In this document: positions 47,640-56,596 of the stretch, piece after piece
How positions within the stretch are numbered: position 1 is the stretch's first letter
Layout: the number at the start of each line of letters is the position of its first letter
Assembly (NCBI GenBank): GCA_044225505.1
Contig: JBGAIN010000008.1
Location: 62,001 to 118,813 of the forward strand
Source: Limisphaerales bacterium
GTDB taxonomy: Bacteria > Verrucomicrobiota > Verrucomicrobiia > Limisphaerales > SIBE01
Direction of reading: 5' to 3'
Length of the DNA: 56,813 nucleotides
Translations under genes and position numbers: made by a program
Notes under the pieces: generated by a model
Databases searched by the model: none
What the model was told of the DNA's origin: nothing
The model's input: only the letters and a program-made list of their open reading frames with translations

Positions 47640-48800
47640 GTGCTCCAAACTCTGGCCATCGAGAACTACCGCTCTCTCCGGAGCATCGTGCTTCCCTTGG
47701 GGCAGCTGAACATTGTCAAAGGGCTGAACGCTTCCGGCAAATCGAATCTATACAAGGCTCTTCGCTTACTGGCCGACACAGCCATGGGTGGCATCGTCAG
47801 CTCGCTGGCGCGAGAGGGCGGACTCAGCTCGACGATGTGGGCTGGGCCAGAGAAGCTCTCTCGTGAAATGCGCTCGCGACGAGTCCCAGTGCAAGGGACC
47901 CTCCGGAAAGAGCCGGTGCGCTTAAAGCTGGGATTCGCGACCGACGAATTTGGCTATGGCATCACCATGGGCCTGCCCGCCCCCGCAAAGTCCGCTTTTC
48001 ACCTCGATCCGGAAATCAAGCGCGAATGTATCTGGTGCGGCCCGGCCTATCGGCCTGAACGAGTGTTGGTGGATCGCGCCGGACCCCTTGTCCGTGCTCG
48101 AACCGAAAACGGATGGCAAACTCTCGCTGAGGGTCTCCGGCTTTTTGAGACCATTTTCGTTCAAATTGCCGACCCGAACACTGCACCGGAAGTATTGATG
48201 GTTCGGGAGTGGATTCGAAGCTGGCGGTTCTATGACCAACTCCGGACCGACATGGACTCGCCTTGCCGGACCCCGCAACTCGGGACCCGGACTCCCGTCC
48301 TCAGCCATGACGGTCGGGATTTGGCGGCTGCCCTTCAGACGATCTTTGAAATGGGCGATGCCGAGGCGGTCGCGACGGCGGTCAGCTCCGCCTTTCCAGG
48401 CGCTCATGTCGAGATCGCAAGCGAGCCGGATGGACGTTTTGGAGTTGAGTTTTACCAGAATGGACTGCTGCGGCCCCTGACTGGATCCGAGCTCTCGGAC
48501 GGCACACTTCGTTATCTCTTGTGGGTAGCGGCACTGCTAACCCCTCGGCCACCGTCCATGATGGTGCTGAACGAACCAGAAACCAGCCTCCACCCGGATC
48601 TGCTTCCGGCGTTATCCGAACTCATCATCAAGGCTGCGGCTAGAACACAGCTCTGGGTTGTTACCCATTCGCCAACACTCATTGCCAATCTGCAACGCGC
48701 AGCCGGCGCTCGCGTGATCGAGTTAACTAAAGAATTCGGTCAAACGGAGATCGAGGGCCAGACGCTATTAGATCGACCCTCCTGGCGCTGGATTGAATAA
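47640..48800 (+). CDS. ABC/AAA_21-type predicted ATPase
   Basis: IENYRSL, Walker A GLNASGKSN, signature LSDGTLRY, Walker B VLNEPETSLHP, VTHS. Confidence 0.88.
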   Translation: MLQTLAIENYRSLRSIVLPLGQLNIVKGLNASGKSNLYKALRLLADTAMGGIVSSLAREGGLSSTMWAGPEKLSREMRSRRVPVQGTLRKEPVRLKLGFATDEFGYGITMGLPAPAKSAFHLDPEIKRECIWCGPAYRPERVLVDRAGPLVRARTENGWQTLAEGLRLFETIFVQIADPNTAPEVLMVREWIRSWRFYDQLRTDMDSPCRTPQLGTRTPVLSHDGRDLAAALQTIFEMGDAEAVATAVSSAFPGAHVEIASEPDGRFGVEFYQNGLLRPLTGSELSDGTLRYLLWVAALLTPRPPSMMVLNEPETSLHPDLLPALSELIIKAAARTQLWVVTHSPTLIANLQRAAGARVIELTKEFGQTEIEGQTLLDRPSWRWIE

Positions 48801-48860
48801 CCATCCCAAGGCCATTGGATTTTGACCTTGGGCGTATCGCGTCTATGGAACCCGACAGTC

Positions 48861-49784
48861 CTACGGAGTGCGCACGGATGTCTTGTCGGCCGTTGGGAAG
48901 TCCGCCGGAACAGGAATCGTTACTTTGCCAGTTGCGGCCCATTCGGTGCCTCGTTGCAGCGTGACAATAAAGCCGACGCAATTCATTTGCGCGAGCGGTT
49001 CAACATCCTTCGGTCCGACGTGCCCGAGCGTCGTATGAAAAATACGGCCCTTTCCAAACTGAATCGCCATGAGCACTGGCTCGTTTTCCCCCGAGGCGTT
49101 GCGAAATCGCGACTTATCCGCCAGAGCCGTGGCCAGAACTTGGAGTTGCTTCGCTGGTCCGCGAAGCTGGCTATAAAGCTCGTCGTGCGCGTGCATCCAA
49201 TTTTCCGGTAATCCCTGCATGACCGGATGGTCAGGCGCGCGGACTGTAACCTTATAATCATGCGATGGAGGATGCCCCGCCGTGCCTGGGGAATCGTCGA
49301 GGACCATCTTTCCGTCGCGCCAGCGCACCTTGGGACCCACCGCCTCTGTGCGCCCGCCCCAACCGCCCACGCCGATCATTTCATTAAACTCGACCCACTT
49401 GGGAAACGCATTGTCCGTAGCATGAAACGAAACCAGCCCGCCGCCATTACGGACAAACTCGGCGAAGGATTGCCTGGTCGTTTCGGGCCAAGCGTCGCCT
49501 TCGTAATCCATCACCACGACGTCGTAGTTGGAAAACTCCGGCTTGAAGCCGGCCATATCTCCGCCCTTCGGAGGGGTGACCACCGAGGTCACAGTGAAAA
49601 TGCCTGACTGTTCAAGCTCGCGTTTGAGGATAACGCTGCTTAAAGCCCAGTTGTGGTACTGGTTACACTGGCCGGTCAGCAGCATGACCCGGATCTTCTT
49701 GGCGGGTTGAGCCATGGCAGTTTGTAAAAGTGAAAGCGTGAGGACGGCGGTGCACAGTCTGATAAGTGTTCGTAAAGTCTTCAT
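48861..49784 (-). CDS. Secreted ThuA-like domain protein
   Basis: Signal peptide; FVRNGGGLVSFHATDNAF, DHPVMQGLP, DELY, FGKGRIFHTTLGH, RGTEWAATGKV. Confidence 0.85.
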   Translation of the reverse strand: MKTLRTLIRLCTAVLTLSLLQTAMAQPAKKIRVMLLTGQCNQYHNWALSSVILKRELEQSGIFTVTSVVTPPKGGDMAGFKPEFSNYDVVVMDYEGDAWPETTRQSFAEFVRNGGGLVSFHATDNAFPKWVEFNEMIGVGGWGGRTEAVGPKVRWRDGKMVLDDSPGTAGHPPSHDYKVTVRAPDHPVMQGLPENWMHAHDELYSQLRGPAKQLQVLATALADKSRFRNASGENEPVLMAIQFGKGRIFHTTLGHVGPKDVEPLAQMNCVGFIVTLQRGTEWAATGKVTIPVPADFPTADKTSVRTP

Positions 49785-49803
49785 CGTATCTCGAGAAGTT
49801 TTC

Positions 49804-49829
49804 CGATGTGAACGTTAGTGATCACATCG
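49804..49829. promoter_or_regulatory. Palindromic candidate operator upstream of the ThuA-like gene
   Basis: CGATGTGA-N10-TCACATCG, perfect 8-bp inverted repeat about 20 bp from the start codon. Confidence 0.45.
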
Positions 49830-50010
49830 CAAAAAGGATCCGCTGGCCAGCACAAATCTGCGGGGCAAAAAGACTTCGGTACGGGGCCTGGGGTAGTTTT
49901 GGCGAGACAAAAGGCCAATGAAATGGGGCCGCATCGTCGAACTGGGCGTCAGGTTCCAGAGGATTGGTAAGTGAAGCGGGTAGGATCCGCGTCGTCCAAG
50001 GAGCTCTTCG

Positions 50011-50063
50011 GCAAATGTTGCACACTTTGTCCGCAAATTGCGGTCCTGGTGTGCGACATTTGC
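50011..50063. repeat. Symmetric inverted repeat; one arm recurs as a direct repeat at 50443-50456
   Basis: GCAAATGTTGCACAC-N5-CCGCAA-A-TTGCGG-N5-GTGTGCGACATTTGC (outer arms 14/15). Confidence 0.75.
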
Positions 50064-50240
50064 GTCCGTCGTTCGATTGGACGGCGTTGAGGTCGAGGAG
50101 GCCGATTTGGGAATTGGCTGACCGACAGGTTGAGGTTTAGGAACGGCTCAGGTTAGCGTGGAAACGAGAATGCGGATCGAGATGGTTTGGGCTTGGGACG
50201 GGCCTGGCACGGACCAACCCTGGTGCAACCCCAGGTCAAT

Positions 50241-50309
50241 GCCGGTCGAAGGCCGCTCCGTGACCGGCCTTGCACCGGCCTTGGAGCGGCCTTGCACCGG
50301 CCTTGCCTC
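50241..50309. repeat. 11-bp tandem repeat array with an internal inverted repeat
   Basis: GGCCTTGCACC GGCCTTGGAGC GGCCTTGCACC GGCCTTGCCTC (50266-50309); 50241-50259 pairs with 50283-50301 at 17/19. Confidence 0.8.
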
Positions 50310-50456
50310 GAATGATCCCGCCTCGGACACGTTCGCTCCGGTCCAGGCTGCCAATCGAATGATCTTCTCGAGGTCTTTCTTTCGACGCAGTCATATCGCG
50401 ACTCCCTGAGCACGACTCGAGGCTGCGCCGGAAGGGTTTACGAAATGTTGCACACT

Positions 50457-50477
50457 ATGGGAACGAACCGTTCCCAT
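50457..50477. terminator. Hairpin downstream of the DUF4038-like gene
   Basis: ATGGGAACG-AAC-CGTTCCCAT, perfect 9-bp stem. Confidence 0.35.
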
Positions 50478-50585
50478 CGGTGACGGTCACAACCCCTCGC
50501 GAACCCGAGTCTGGCTGATCTTGACGCAAGCTTCCGGGCCATGGGAAGGGCTTTGCCCTCAACTCAGCTCCGTTGCGCTCTGCGG

Positions 50586-52109
50586 TTACTCCCCATCAGC
50601 TACCAGGACCCAATCATTGAAACCATCCGCGTGGGGCTTGGCTGGGTAAGCGAGCGGACGAGCGGAAGCCTTTGCCTCGGACGCGGCGATCAGCGTGTAA
50701 TTCCCGCTGGTCGGATCGTACCAACGGAGGCGGACTTTGCTACCGTCCGTGATTATCGTGGTATCCAGAGTGATCGGTCGACGGGTCGGAAAATAGACCA
50801 GCGCACTGTGGGATGAATAGCCCGAGGCGGCCTGATCATCCCCGCTGCCGAGACCTGCTTTGAGGAAGGCTCCAGCGTCGGGCTGCCAAGTCGAATCCCC
50901 CACGTAATCATCCAGGAGCGTCCAGGCATATTTGGCGTCCAATTGCGGCGCTTCGTGCAGGATATTGAGCCAGCCAGGACCGCCGTCAAAGAGCCCGGTC
51001 ACACCAAATGGCCACCACTTTTCGTGGCCGAAATTAATGCCCGCGCCACCGCGGATGAACGTGACATAATTCCGTTCGCGTAACTCCTGGTTCTGCTGGT
51101 CTTTATAATGCGGCGCGTTGACATAGGGTGGTTCGATATCGATCACGGGATAGTGGGCTGTGCTGCTTCGTTGGTAGACCTTGTCGAATTGCTCCGCGGA
51201 GCTGCTTCCGTAATGGTAAATCGTGTCCGCGCTTTGTTTGAACCATTGATACCCATCGGGGCCTTCGAAAGAGATAAACTGGTCGAAGGAGGTTGAACCG
51301 TTGACTGGCTCCGCGATGATCAGACGATGGCTTGACCCTTCCGCATCGCGAAGTCCGTGGAAGATGGCATCCAAACCCGCCGCCGGACCTTCAGGGTAGC
51401 GCCATTTGAAATCACCCATGACATGCCACACGATGTTCGAGTAGTTGGCGTAGCGAGTGCCAACGGCCTTCCCAAAATGGTAGGCGTTCGTGGTGCCAGC
51501 AGCGACCAGTTCCGGCACCGTCCCGGTATTTCCCCAGCTCAAGAAAAGCGAAAAGACCAAGGTTAGTTCGAGACGAGTCGCCTCGCGCATCACCCAGTCC
51601 ATCGAAGACCACGCTGGCCCCAAAGCTGAGGCGTAGGGTTGGTCACTGAAGAACCTCTGACCGGATTTGTTCTTATATTGATCGCCAAAGCTGTCGTTCA
51701 TGCGAACGCCAAATGGAGAGACCGTGACGGCGTTGAATCGCAGAGCTTTCAAACCCTCCAGAGCTTGCGTGATTTCCGCATTGGAACAGTTTTGCGACAT
51801 CGCCCAGGACGACATCGTCTTTAAAAGGTAGACCTTGCCGGTCGGATCGATGAAACGCCGGCCCGCGATGCCCACAGGGTAGGCGAACCTTGGCGCGCCA
51901 CGGTTCGGCTCAACACTTTGCCGCGACGATTGGACGGCGCTCTTAGGCTCTGCCGCCAAAGTCGTTGCGGCTGGAGTGAAAAGGGGAGCTACCAGCGCCG
52001 CAATCAAGGCCAGGGACAGAATGGGTCTCAATGAGAATGTCAGAGCCGCGCAGGCGTCGTTGCATCCTTTAGAAGTGGTTCGTGCCTGGACAGAAGGTTC
52101 TTGTTCCAT
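50586..52109 (-). CDS. Secreted DUF4038 / apiosidase (GH140-like) protein with C-terminal collagen-binding-like domain
   Basis: Signal peptide; RYANYSNIVWHVMGD, PVIDIEPPY, GGAGINFG, RLRWYDPTSG...DWVLV. Confidence 0.65.
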   Translation of the reverse strand: MEQEPSVQARTTSKGCNDACAALTFSLRPILSLALIAALVAPLFTPAATTLAAEPKSAVQSSRQSVEPNRGAPRFAYPVGIAGRRFIDPTGKVYLLKTMSSWAMSQNCSNAEITQALEGLKALRFNAVTVSPFGVRMNDSFGDQYKNKSGQRFFSDQPYASALGPAWSSMDWVMREATRLELTLVFSLFLSWGNTGTVPELVAAGTTNAYHFGKAVGTRYANYSNIVWHVMGDFKWRYPEGPAAGLDAIFHGLRDAEGSSHRLIIAEPVNGSTSFDQFISFEGPDGYQWFKQSADTIYHYGSSSAEQFDKVYQRSSTAHYPVIDIEPPYVNAPHYKDQQNQELRERNYVTFIRGGAGINFGHEKWWPFGVTGLFDGGPGWLNILHEAPQLDAKYAWTLLDDYVGDSTWQPDAGAFLKAGLGSGDDQAASGYSSHSALVYFPTRRPITLDTTIITDGSKVRLRWYDPTSGNYTLIAASEAKASARPLAYPAKPHADGFNDWVLVADGE

Positions 52110-52114
52110 AGTTC

Positions 52115-53245
52115 TTAGCTGGTCGAGCGCCGGGGCAGATAGGCGCCACAGGATTCGCGCAGGACAAGGCGAGGTGTGAGTGCCACGCTGCGGGCGGGCA
52201 GAGTGGGTTCTGCGATCCGATCAAGCATCAGCCGCAATCCAATGGCGGCAATTCCAGGGCAAGGTTGATGAATGGTCGTTAAAGGGGGCGAGACTAAGGT
52301 CGCATACTTGGCATCGTCGAAACCGACCACGCGGACGTCGTGCGGCACTCGGGTCCCGCAACTCGCCAAGGACCGGAGAAGCACCGCCGCGGTGTGGTCA
52401 TTCGCGCAGATAAACGCGTCCGCCTGGCGTCCGGCGGTCAATTGACGGGCAAACTTCGTCTCCGCTGGGTCGCCAACCCGCAGCCAGCGAGGATCCAACG
52501 GGAGTCGGTGTCGAACGAGGGCCTCGCGCACGCCGGCGATTCGGGCTTCGACGGTCGGGGCCGAGTGGGGACGCGCCACAAAGTAAATATGCGCGCAACC
52601 GAGCTTAATTAAATGTTCAGCCAACAGGTATCCGGCGGCGACGTTATCCATCCCCACGAGGTCGAAGTCGCTTCGGTTTGGAAACGATTGCAGGTCGCGA
52701 TCCAAGAGAACGACGGGAATGCCCGCTTGCCGGAGGGTCTCGGCCAGGTGGCGATTCGCCGCTTCCTTTTCCGGCACGAGCTCATAGGGGGCGAAGAAAA
52801 CGCCGCTGACGCGGCGTTCAATAAATTGCCGGCAGATTTCTTTCGCATGGCCGAGGCTGACGTCGGTGTCGAGGCCTGGGTGAGTCGACCCGCCCCACAG
52901 GAGACTGTAATTCTCAGTGCGAGCCAGGCTGGCGAGCTCCCCGCAGATCAGTTCGAAGATTTCGGTGTTGCCCAGACCTGGGATGAGCAGTCCCAGTTGC
53001 CGGGTGGACGGGCCGGCATTGGAGGGGGAGCCTGTGCGCACATACGTTCCGGAACCCGGTCGACGCTCCACTAAACCTTCGTTCTGCAAGTCCAGAAAAG
53101 CTCGGGCAATCGTCGGGCGCGAGACGCGGAATTGGACCGCTAACTGCGGTTCACTGGGAAGTCGTCCGCCAGCGGGGTAACGTCGGGCGGCGATTTCCGT
53201 GCGCAGATGCTGAGAGATTTGCTGGTGCTTAGGGTGTGAAGCCAT
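52115..53245 (-). CDS. GntR-HTH / LacI-type sugar-binding regulator (AraR-like architecture)
   Basis: GGRLPSEPQLAVQFRVSRPTI...GSGTYV, then VPHDVRVVGFDD...PPLTTIHQP. Confidence 0.92.
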   Translation of the reverse strand: MASHPKHQQISQHLRTEIAARRYPAGGRLPSEPQLAVQFRVSRPTIARAFLDLQNEGLVERRPGSGTYVRTGSPSNAGPSTRQLGLLIPGLGNTEIFELICGELASLARTENYSLLWGGSTHPGLDTDVSLGHAKEICRQFIERRVSGVFFAPYELVPEKEAANRHLAETLRQAGIPVVLLDRDLQSFPNRSDFDLVGMDNVAAGYLLAEHLIKLGCAHIYFVARPHSAPTVEARIAGVREALVRHRLPLDPRWLRVGDPAETKFARQLTAGRQADAFICANDHTAAVLLRSLASCGTRVPHDVRVVGFDDAKYATLVSPPLTTIHQPCPGIAAIGLRLMLDRIAEPTLPARSVALTPRLVLRESCGAYLPRRSTS

Positions 53246-53259
53246 GATAACAGCCTGTC

Positions 53260-53277
53260 AACCTGTCATAGCAGGTT
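53260..53277. promoter_or_regulatory. Candidate operator of the GntR regulator, overlapping its -10
   Basis: AACCTG-TCATAG-CAGGTT palindrome about 15 bp upstream of the regulator start; a minus-strand TTGACC-N18-TATGAC promoter candidate overlaps it. Confidence 0.5.
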
Positions 53278-53531
53278 TATGGATTCCCGGTCAAATGTCC
53301 GCTTCATAATCCGTCGAGTTCAGGGCATCCTGGGCACGATCCAGCATGAACCCAGGACGATGCCTCTGATTTTGTGGCACGCTATAGGTCCACGATGAGC
53401 TGGGAGCAGAGCTGGCGAGGCGGACGGACAGCTCGAAGCCATGGGGATCTGGCCGGCTTTGATCCTGACGTTTACCTGGGAGAGTTAGTTCGAGCTGTCA
53501 GGGTGGCCCGTTTCGCTCGCCGGAGACACAG

Positions 53532-54920
53532 ATGAAAACACGCATCCTCTTCTGGTCGGTCACTTCCGCACTGGCGGGGTTTCTCTTCGGTTTTGACACG
53601 GTCGTCATTTCCGGAGCGGAGCAGACGATTCAGTCGCTCTGGACCCTGAGCCCAGGCATGCATGGATTCGCCATGGCCTCAGCGCTCTATGGAACGGTCA
53701 TCGGCTCGTTATTAGGGAGCTGGCCGACCGATCGGTTTGGGCGTAAGGCGACGCTGAAGGCCATTGGACTTCTCTACGTCGTCTCAGCGGTCGGTTGCGG
53801 ATTTGCCTGGGATGTTTCCTCTTTTATTGCCGCGCGGTTCATTGGCGGTTTGGGCATTGGTATTTCGACGGTCGCGGCTCCGCTTTACATTTCGGAAATC
53901 GCTCCGCCTGCGTATCGAGGGCGGCTGGCTGGGATGTTCCAGTTCAACATCGTGTTTGGAATCATTATTGCCTTTCTCTCGAACTACTTACTGAAAGGCG
54001 TGGGGGAAAATGCCTGGCGCTGGATGCTCGGCGTGGCAGCGGTGCCCTCGGTGATCTATAGCGTGATGTGTTTCGGGATTCCGGAAAGCCCGCGCTGGTT
54101 GATCGGAAGAAAGCGCGATCGCGCTGCTGGCCTTGCGGTCTTGCAGCTAATCTCGCCAGAACTATCCCCAGCGCAGATTGAAGCGGAAGCCGATGAAATT
54201 CAGGCTGCTTCTCACGAGCAGGCCGACGTGGGTCCATTTTGGACGTCGCGCTTGCGGGTCCCCATCACGCTGGCTTTTCTGATCGCGTTCTTTAACCAGC
54301 TCTCCGGCATCAATGCGGTGCTTTACTTCGCGCCGCGGATCTTCGAAATGACGGGCCTCGGATCGAAAGCGGCATTGTTGCAGTCGGTTGGAATCGGGAT
54401 TACCAACTTGATCTTCACCTTTGTGGGTCTGTGGTTGATCGATCGGATTGGGCGCCGCACTCTCCTCTATATTGGTTCTTTCGGATATATCGCGTCCTTG
54501 GGTACGACCGCGTGGGCTTTCTTTACCCAGCATTTCTCGATTGTCCCGATCTGCATCTTTGCCTTCATCGCTGCCCACGCCATTGGGCAAGGAGCGGTTA
54601 TTTGGGTGTTTATCTCGGAAATATTTCCCAATCGGCACCGTGCGCACGGGCAGGCGCTGGGAAGTTTTACCCACTGGATCTTCGCGGCACTCCTCACCAC
54701 GTTCTTTCCGAAAATGGTCTCGGCGTTCGCTCCGGGCTATGTGTTTCTCTTTTTCTGCGGGATGATGGTGCTGCAGTTAATTTGGGTTCGCGCGATGGTT
54801 CCGGAGACGAAAGGCGTCTCACTGGAGGAGTTGGAACATCGTTTGACGGGTGGATCGGGAGGGTCGCCCCGCGCGCGTGGCGGCACAGAATTCCGCATCG
54901 ATAAAAACGAGAGGGCCTGA
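53532..54920 (+). CDS. Sugar porter family MFS transporter
   Basis: AGFLFGFDTVVISGA, DRFGRK, YISEIAP..RG, PESPRWL, NQLSGINAVLYF, PETKG. Confidence 0.95.
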   Translation: MKTRILFWSVTSALAGFLFGFDTVVISGAEQTIQSLWTLSPGMHGFAMASALYGTVIGSLLGSWPTDRFGRKATLKAIGLLYVVSAVGCGFAWDVSSFIAARFIGGLGIGISTVAAPLYISEIAPPAYRGRLAGMFQFNIVFGIIIAFLSNYLLKGVGENAWRWMLGVAAVPSVIYSVMCFGIPESPRWLIGRKRDRAAGLAVLQLISPELSPAQIEAEADEIQAASHEQADVGPFWTSRLRVPITLAFLIAFFNQLSGINAVLYFAPRIFEMTGLGSKAALLQSVGIGITNLIFTFVGLWLIDRIGRRTLLYIGSFGYIASLGTTAWAFFTQHFSIVPICIFAFIAAHAIGQGAVIWVFISEIFPNRHRAHGQALGSFTHWIFAALLTTFFPKMVSAFAPGYVFLFFCGMMVLQLIWVRAMVPETKGVSLEELEHRLTGGSGGSPRARGGTEFRIDKNERA

Positions 54921-56536
54921 TGATGAGCTCGCGACACACTGGATCGTTGGACGTGAAGGGTATGAAACCATTCCTGATTCGAGCTGGGCACCGCCGCTGG
55001 TTCGCCCTCGCGGGGGCTCTGGCGTGCCTCAGCGCCGCCTGGCCCGCGTCGCTTGCTCAAAGTCCGCCGGCCCGGATTTACGGGGAGCCGTACCGGCCGC
55101 AGTTTCACTTCACGCCGCCCCGGAATTGGATGAACGACCCCAATGGCATGGTGTTCTACGAAGGGGAGTATCATCTCTTCTACCAATTCAATCCATTTGG
55201 CGATCGCTGGGGGCACATGAGCTGGGGACACGCGGTCAGCCCGGACATGGTTCATTGGGAGCATCTCCCGTTGGCCCTGCCTGAAGAGAACGGTGTGATG
55301 ATCTTCTCCGGGAGCGCCGTGGTGGATCGGAAGAACTCCAGCGGGTTTGGCAAGGAGGGTCGAGCGCCACTCGTGGCGATCTATACGGGAACTGGCCCTG
55401 GCTCGGGCGGGTTGCAATACCAATGCCTCGCGTTCAGTAATGATAAAGGACGAACCTGGACCAAATATTCAGGCAACCCCGTGCTGAACATCAGTTCAAA
55501 AGAGTTTCGCGATCCAAAGGTTCAATGGCACGAACCAAGCCAGCGTTGGATTATGACCGTCTCCTTGTCGACGGAGCATATCGTTTGTTTCTACGGCTCG
55601 CCAAACCTGAAGGATTGGACCTTGCTCAGCAAATTCGGCCCAGCCGGTGCGAGCAGCGGCCTGTGGGAATGCCCCGACCTTTTCGAGTTGCCCGTGGAGG
55701 GATCTGCAGAGAAGCGCTGGGTGCTCGTGGTCAATATCAACCCAGGAAGCGTGGCGGGAGGATCGGGCGGGCAATACTTCATCGGTCAGTTTGATGGAAC
55801 TCGATTTGTGCCTGAGCGAGACGCCACCGCACCTGCCTTATGGCTGGACTACGGGGCCGATTATTACGCCGCTGTATCATGGAGCGACATCCCCGCGTCC
55901 GACGGCCGCCGGCTTTGGCTGGGGTGGATGAGCAATTGGGATTACGCCCAAGACGTGCCTACCCACCCGTGGCGCAGTGCGATGTCGATTCCGCGCGAGG
56001 TCAAACTGCGGAAGCTCTCGGGAGGAATTCGATTGGTGCAAACGCCCGTGCGTGAAATGGAAAAACTGCGAGCCCGACATTTTCGATTTGGGGGAGGTTC
56101 CGTCGCGGAGGCTAATGAATGGATTAAAACCCAGGGAATCGAAAGCGCTTCCACGGAGTGGGTGGTTGAACTCGGCGCCGATGCCGGGGTGCAGGGGCTG
56201 AGGTTGTTCAAGAATGGCGACGAGGCGATCGTGGTGGGGTTAGACCGTCCGCGGAGGAGAGTGTTTGTGGACCGCACTCGCGCGGGGCAGGTGGGTTTTC
56301 ATTCCAAGTTTCCCGCTGTGCATGAAGCGCCGTGGTCGGCTGATAATCAACCTCTCAAGTTTCATCTCTTCATCGATGCGTGCTCTGTGGAAGTATTCCT
56401 CAATGACGGCGAGACTGTCTTTACCGAGTTGGTCTTTCCGTCGCCCGGGAGCCGAGGCGTGGAGTTGTTTAGTTCCGAGCCAAACACCCGAATTCGTCCG
56501 GTTGAGGCTTGGACGTTAAAATCGGCTTGGCGTTAG
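54920..56536 (+). CDS. GH32 beta-fructosidase / levanase
   Basis: WMNDPNG, FSGSAV, FRDPKV, WECPD catalytic motifs; C-terminal beta-sandwich (DACSVEVF); signal-like N-terminus. Confidence 0.95.
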   Translation: MMSSRHTGSLDVKGMKPFLIRAGHRRWFALAGALACLSAAWPASLAQSPPARIYGEPYRPQFHFTPPRNWMNDPNGMVFYEGEYHLFYQFNPFGDRWGHMSWGHAVSPDMVHWEHLPLALPEENGVMIFSGSAVVDRKNSSGFGKEGRAPLVAIYTGTGPGSGGLQYQCLAFSNDKGRTWTKYSGNPVLNISSKEFRDPKVQWHEPSQRWIMTVSLSTEHIVCFYGSPNLKDWTLLSKFGPAGASSGLWECPDLFELPVEGSAEKRWVLVVNINPGSVAGGSGGQYFIGQFDGTRFVPERDATAPALWLDYGADYYAAVSWSDIPASDGRRLWLGWMSNWDYAQDVPTHPWRSAMSIPREVKLRKLSGGIRLVQTPVREMEKLRARHFRFGGGSVAEANEWIKTQGIESASTEWVVELGADAGVQGLRLFKNGDEAIVVGLDRPRRRVFVDRTRAGQVGFHSKFPAVHEAPWSADNQPLKFHLFIDACSVEVFLNDGETVFTELVFPSPGSRGVELFSSEPNTRIRPVEAWTLKSAWR

Positions 56537-56596
56537 CACGGGCTCGCTCTGTTCTAGGGCGGACGTGGGGACCGAGCATTCTAATGTCTTGTGATC

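Noticed and set aside
50190..50460. CRISPR array or integron attC interpretation of the repeats
   Set aside because: No repeat-spacer periodicity, no cas or intI gene, and no RYYYAAC...GTTRRRY ends.
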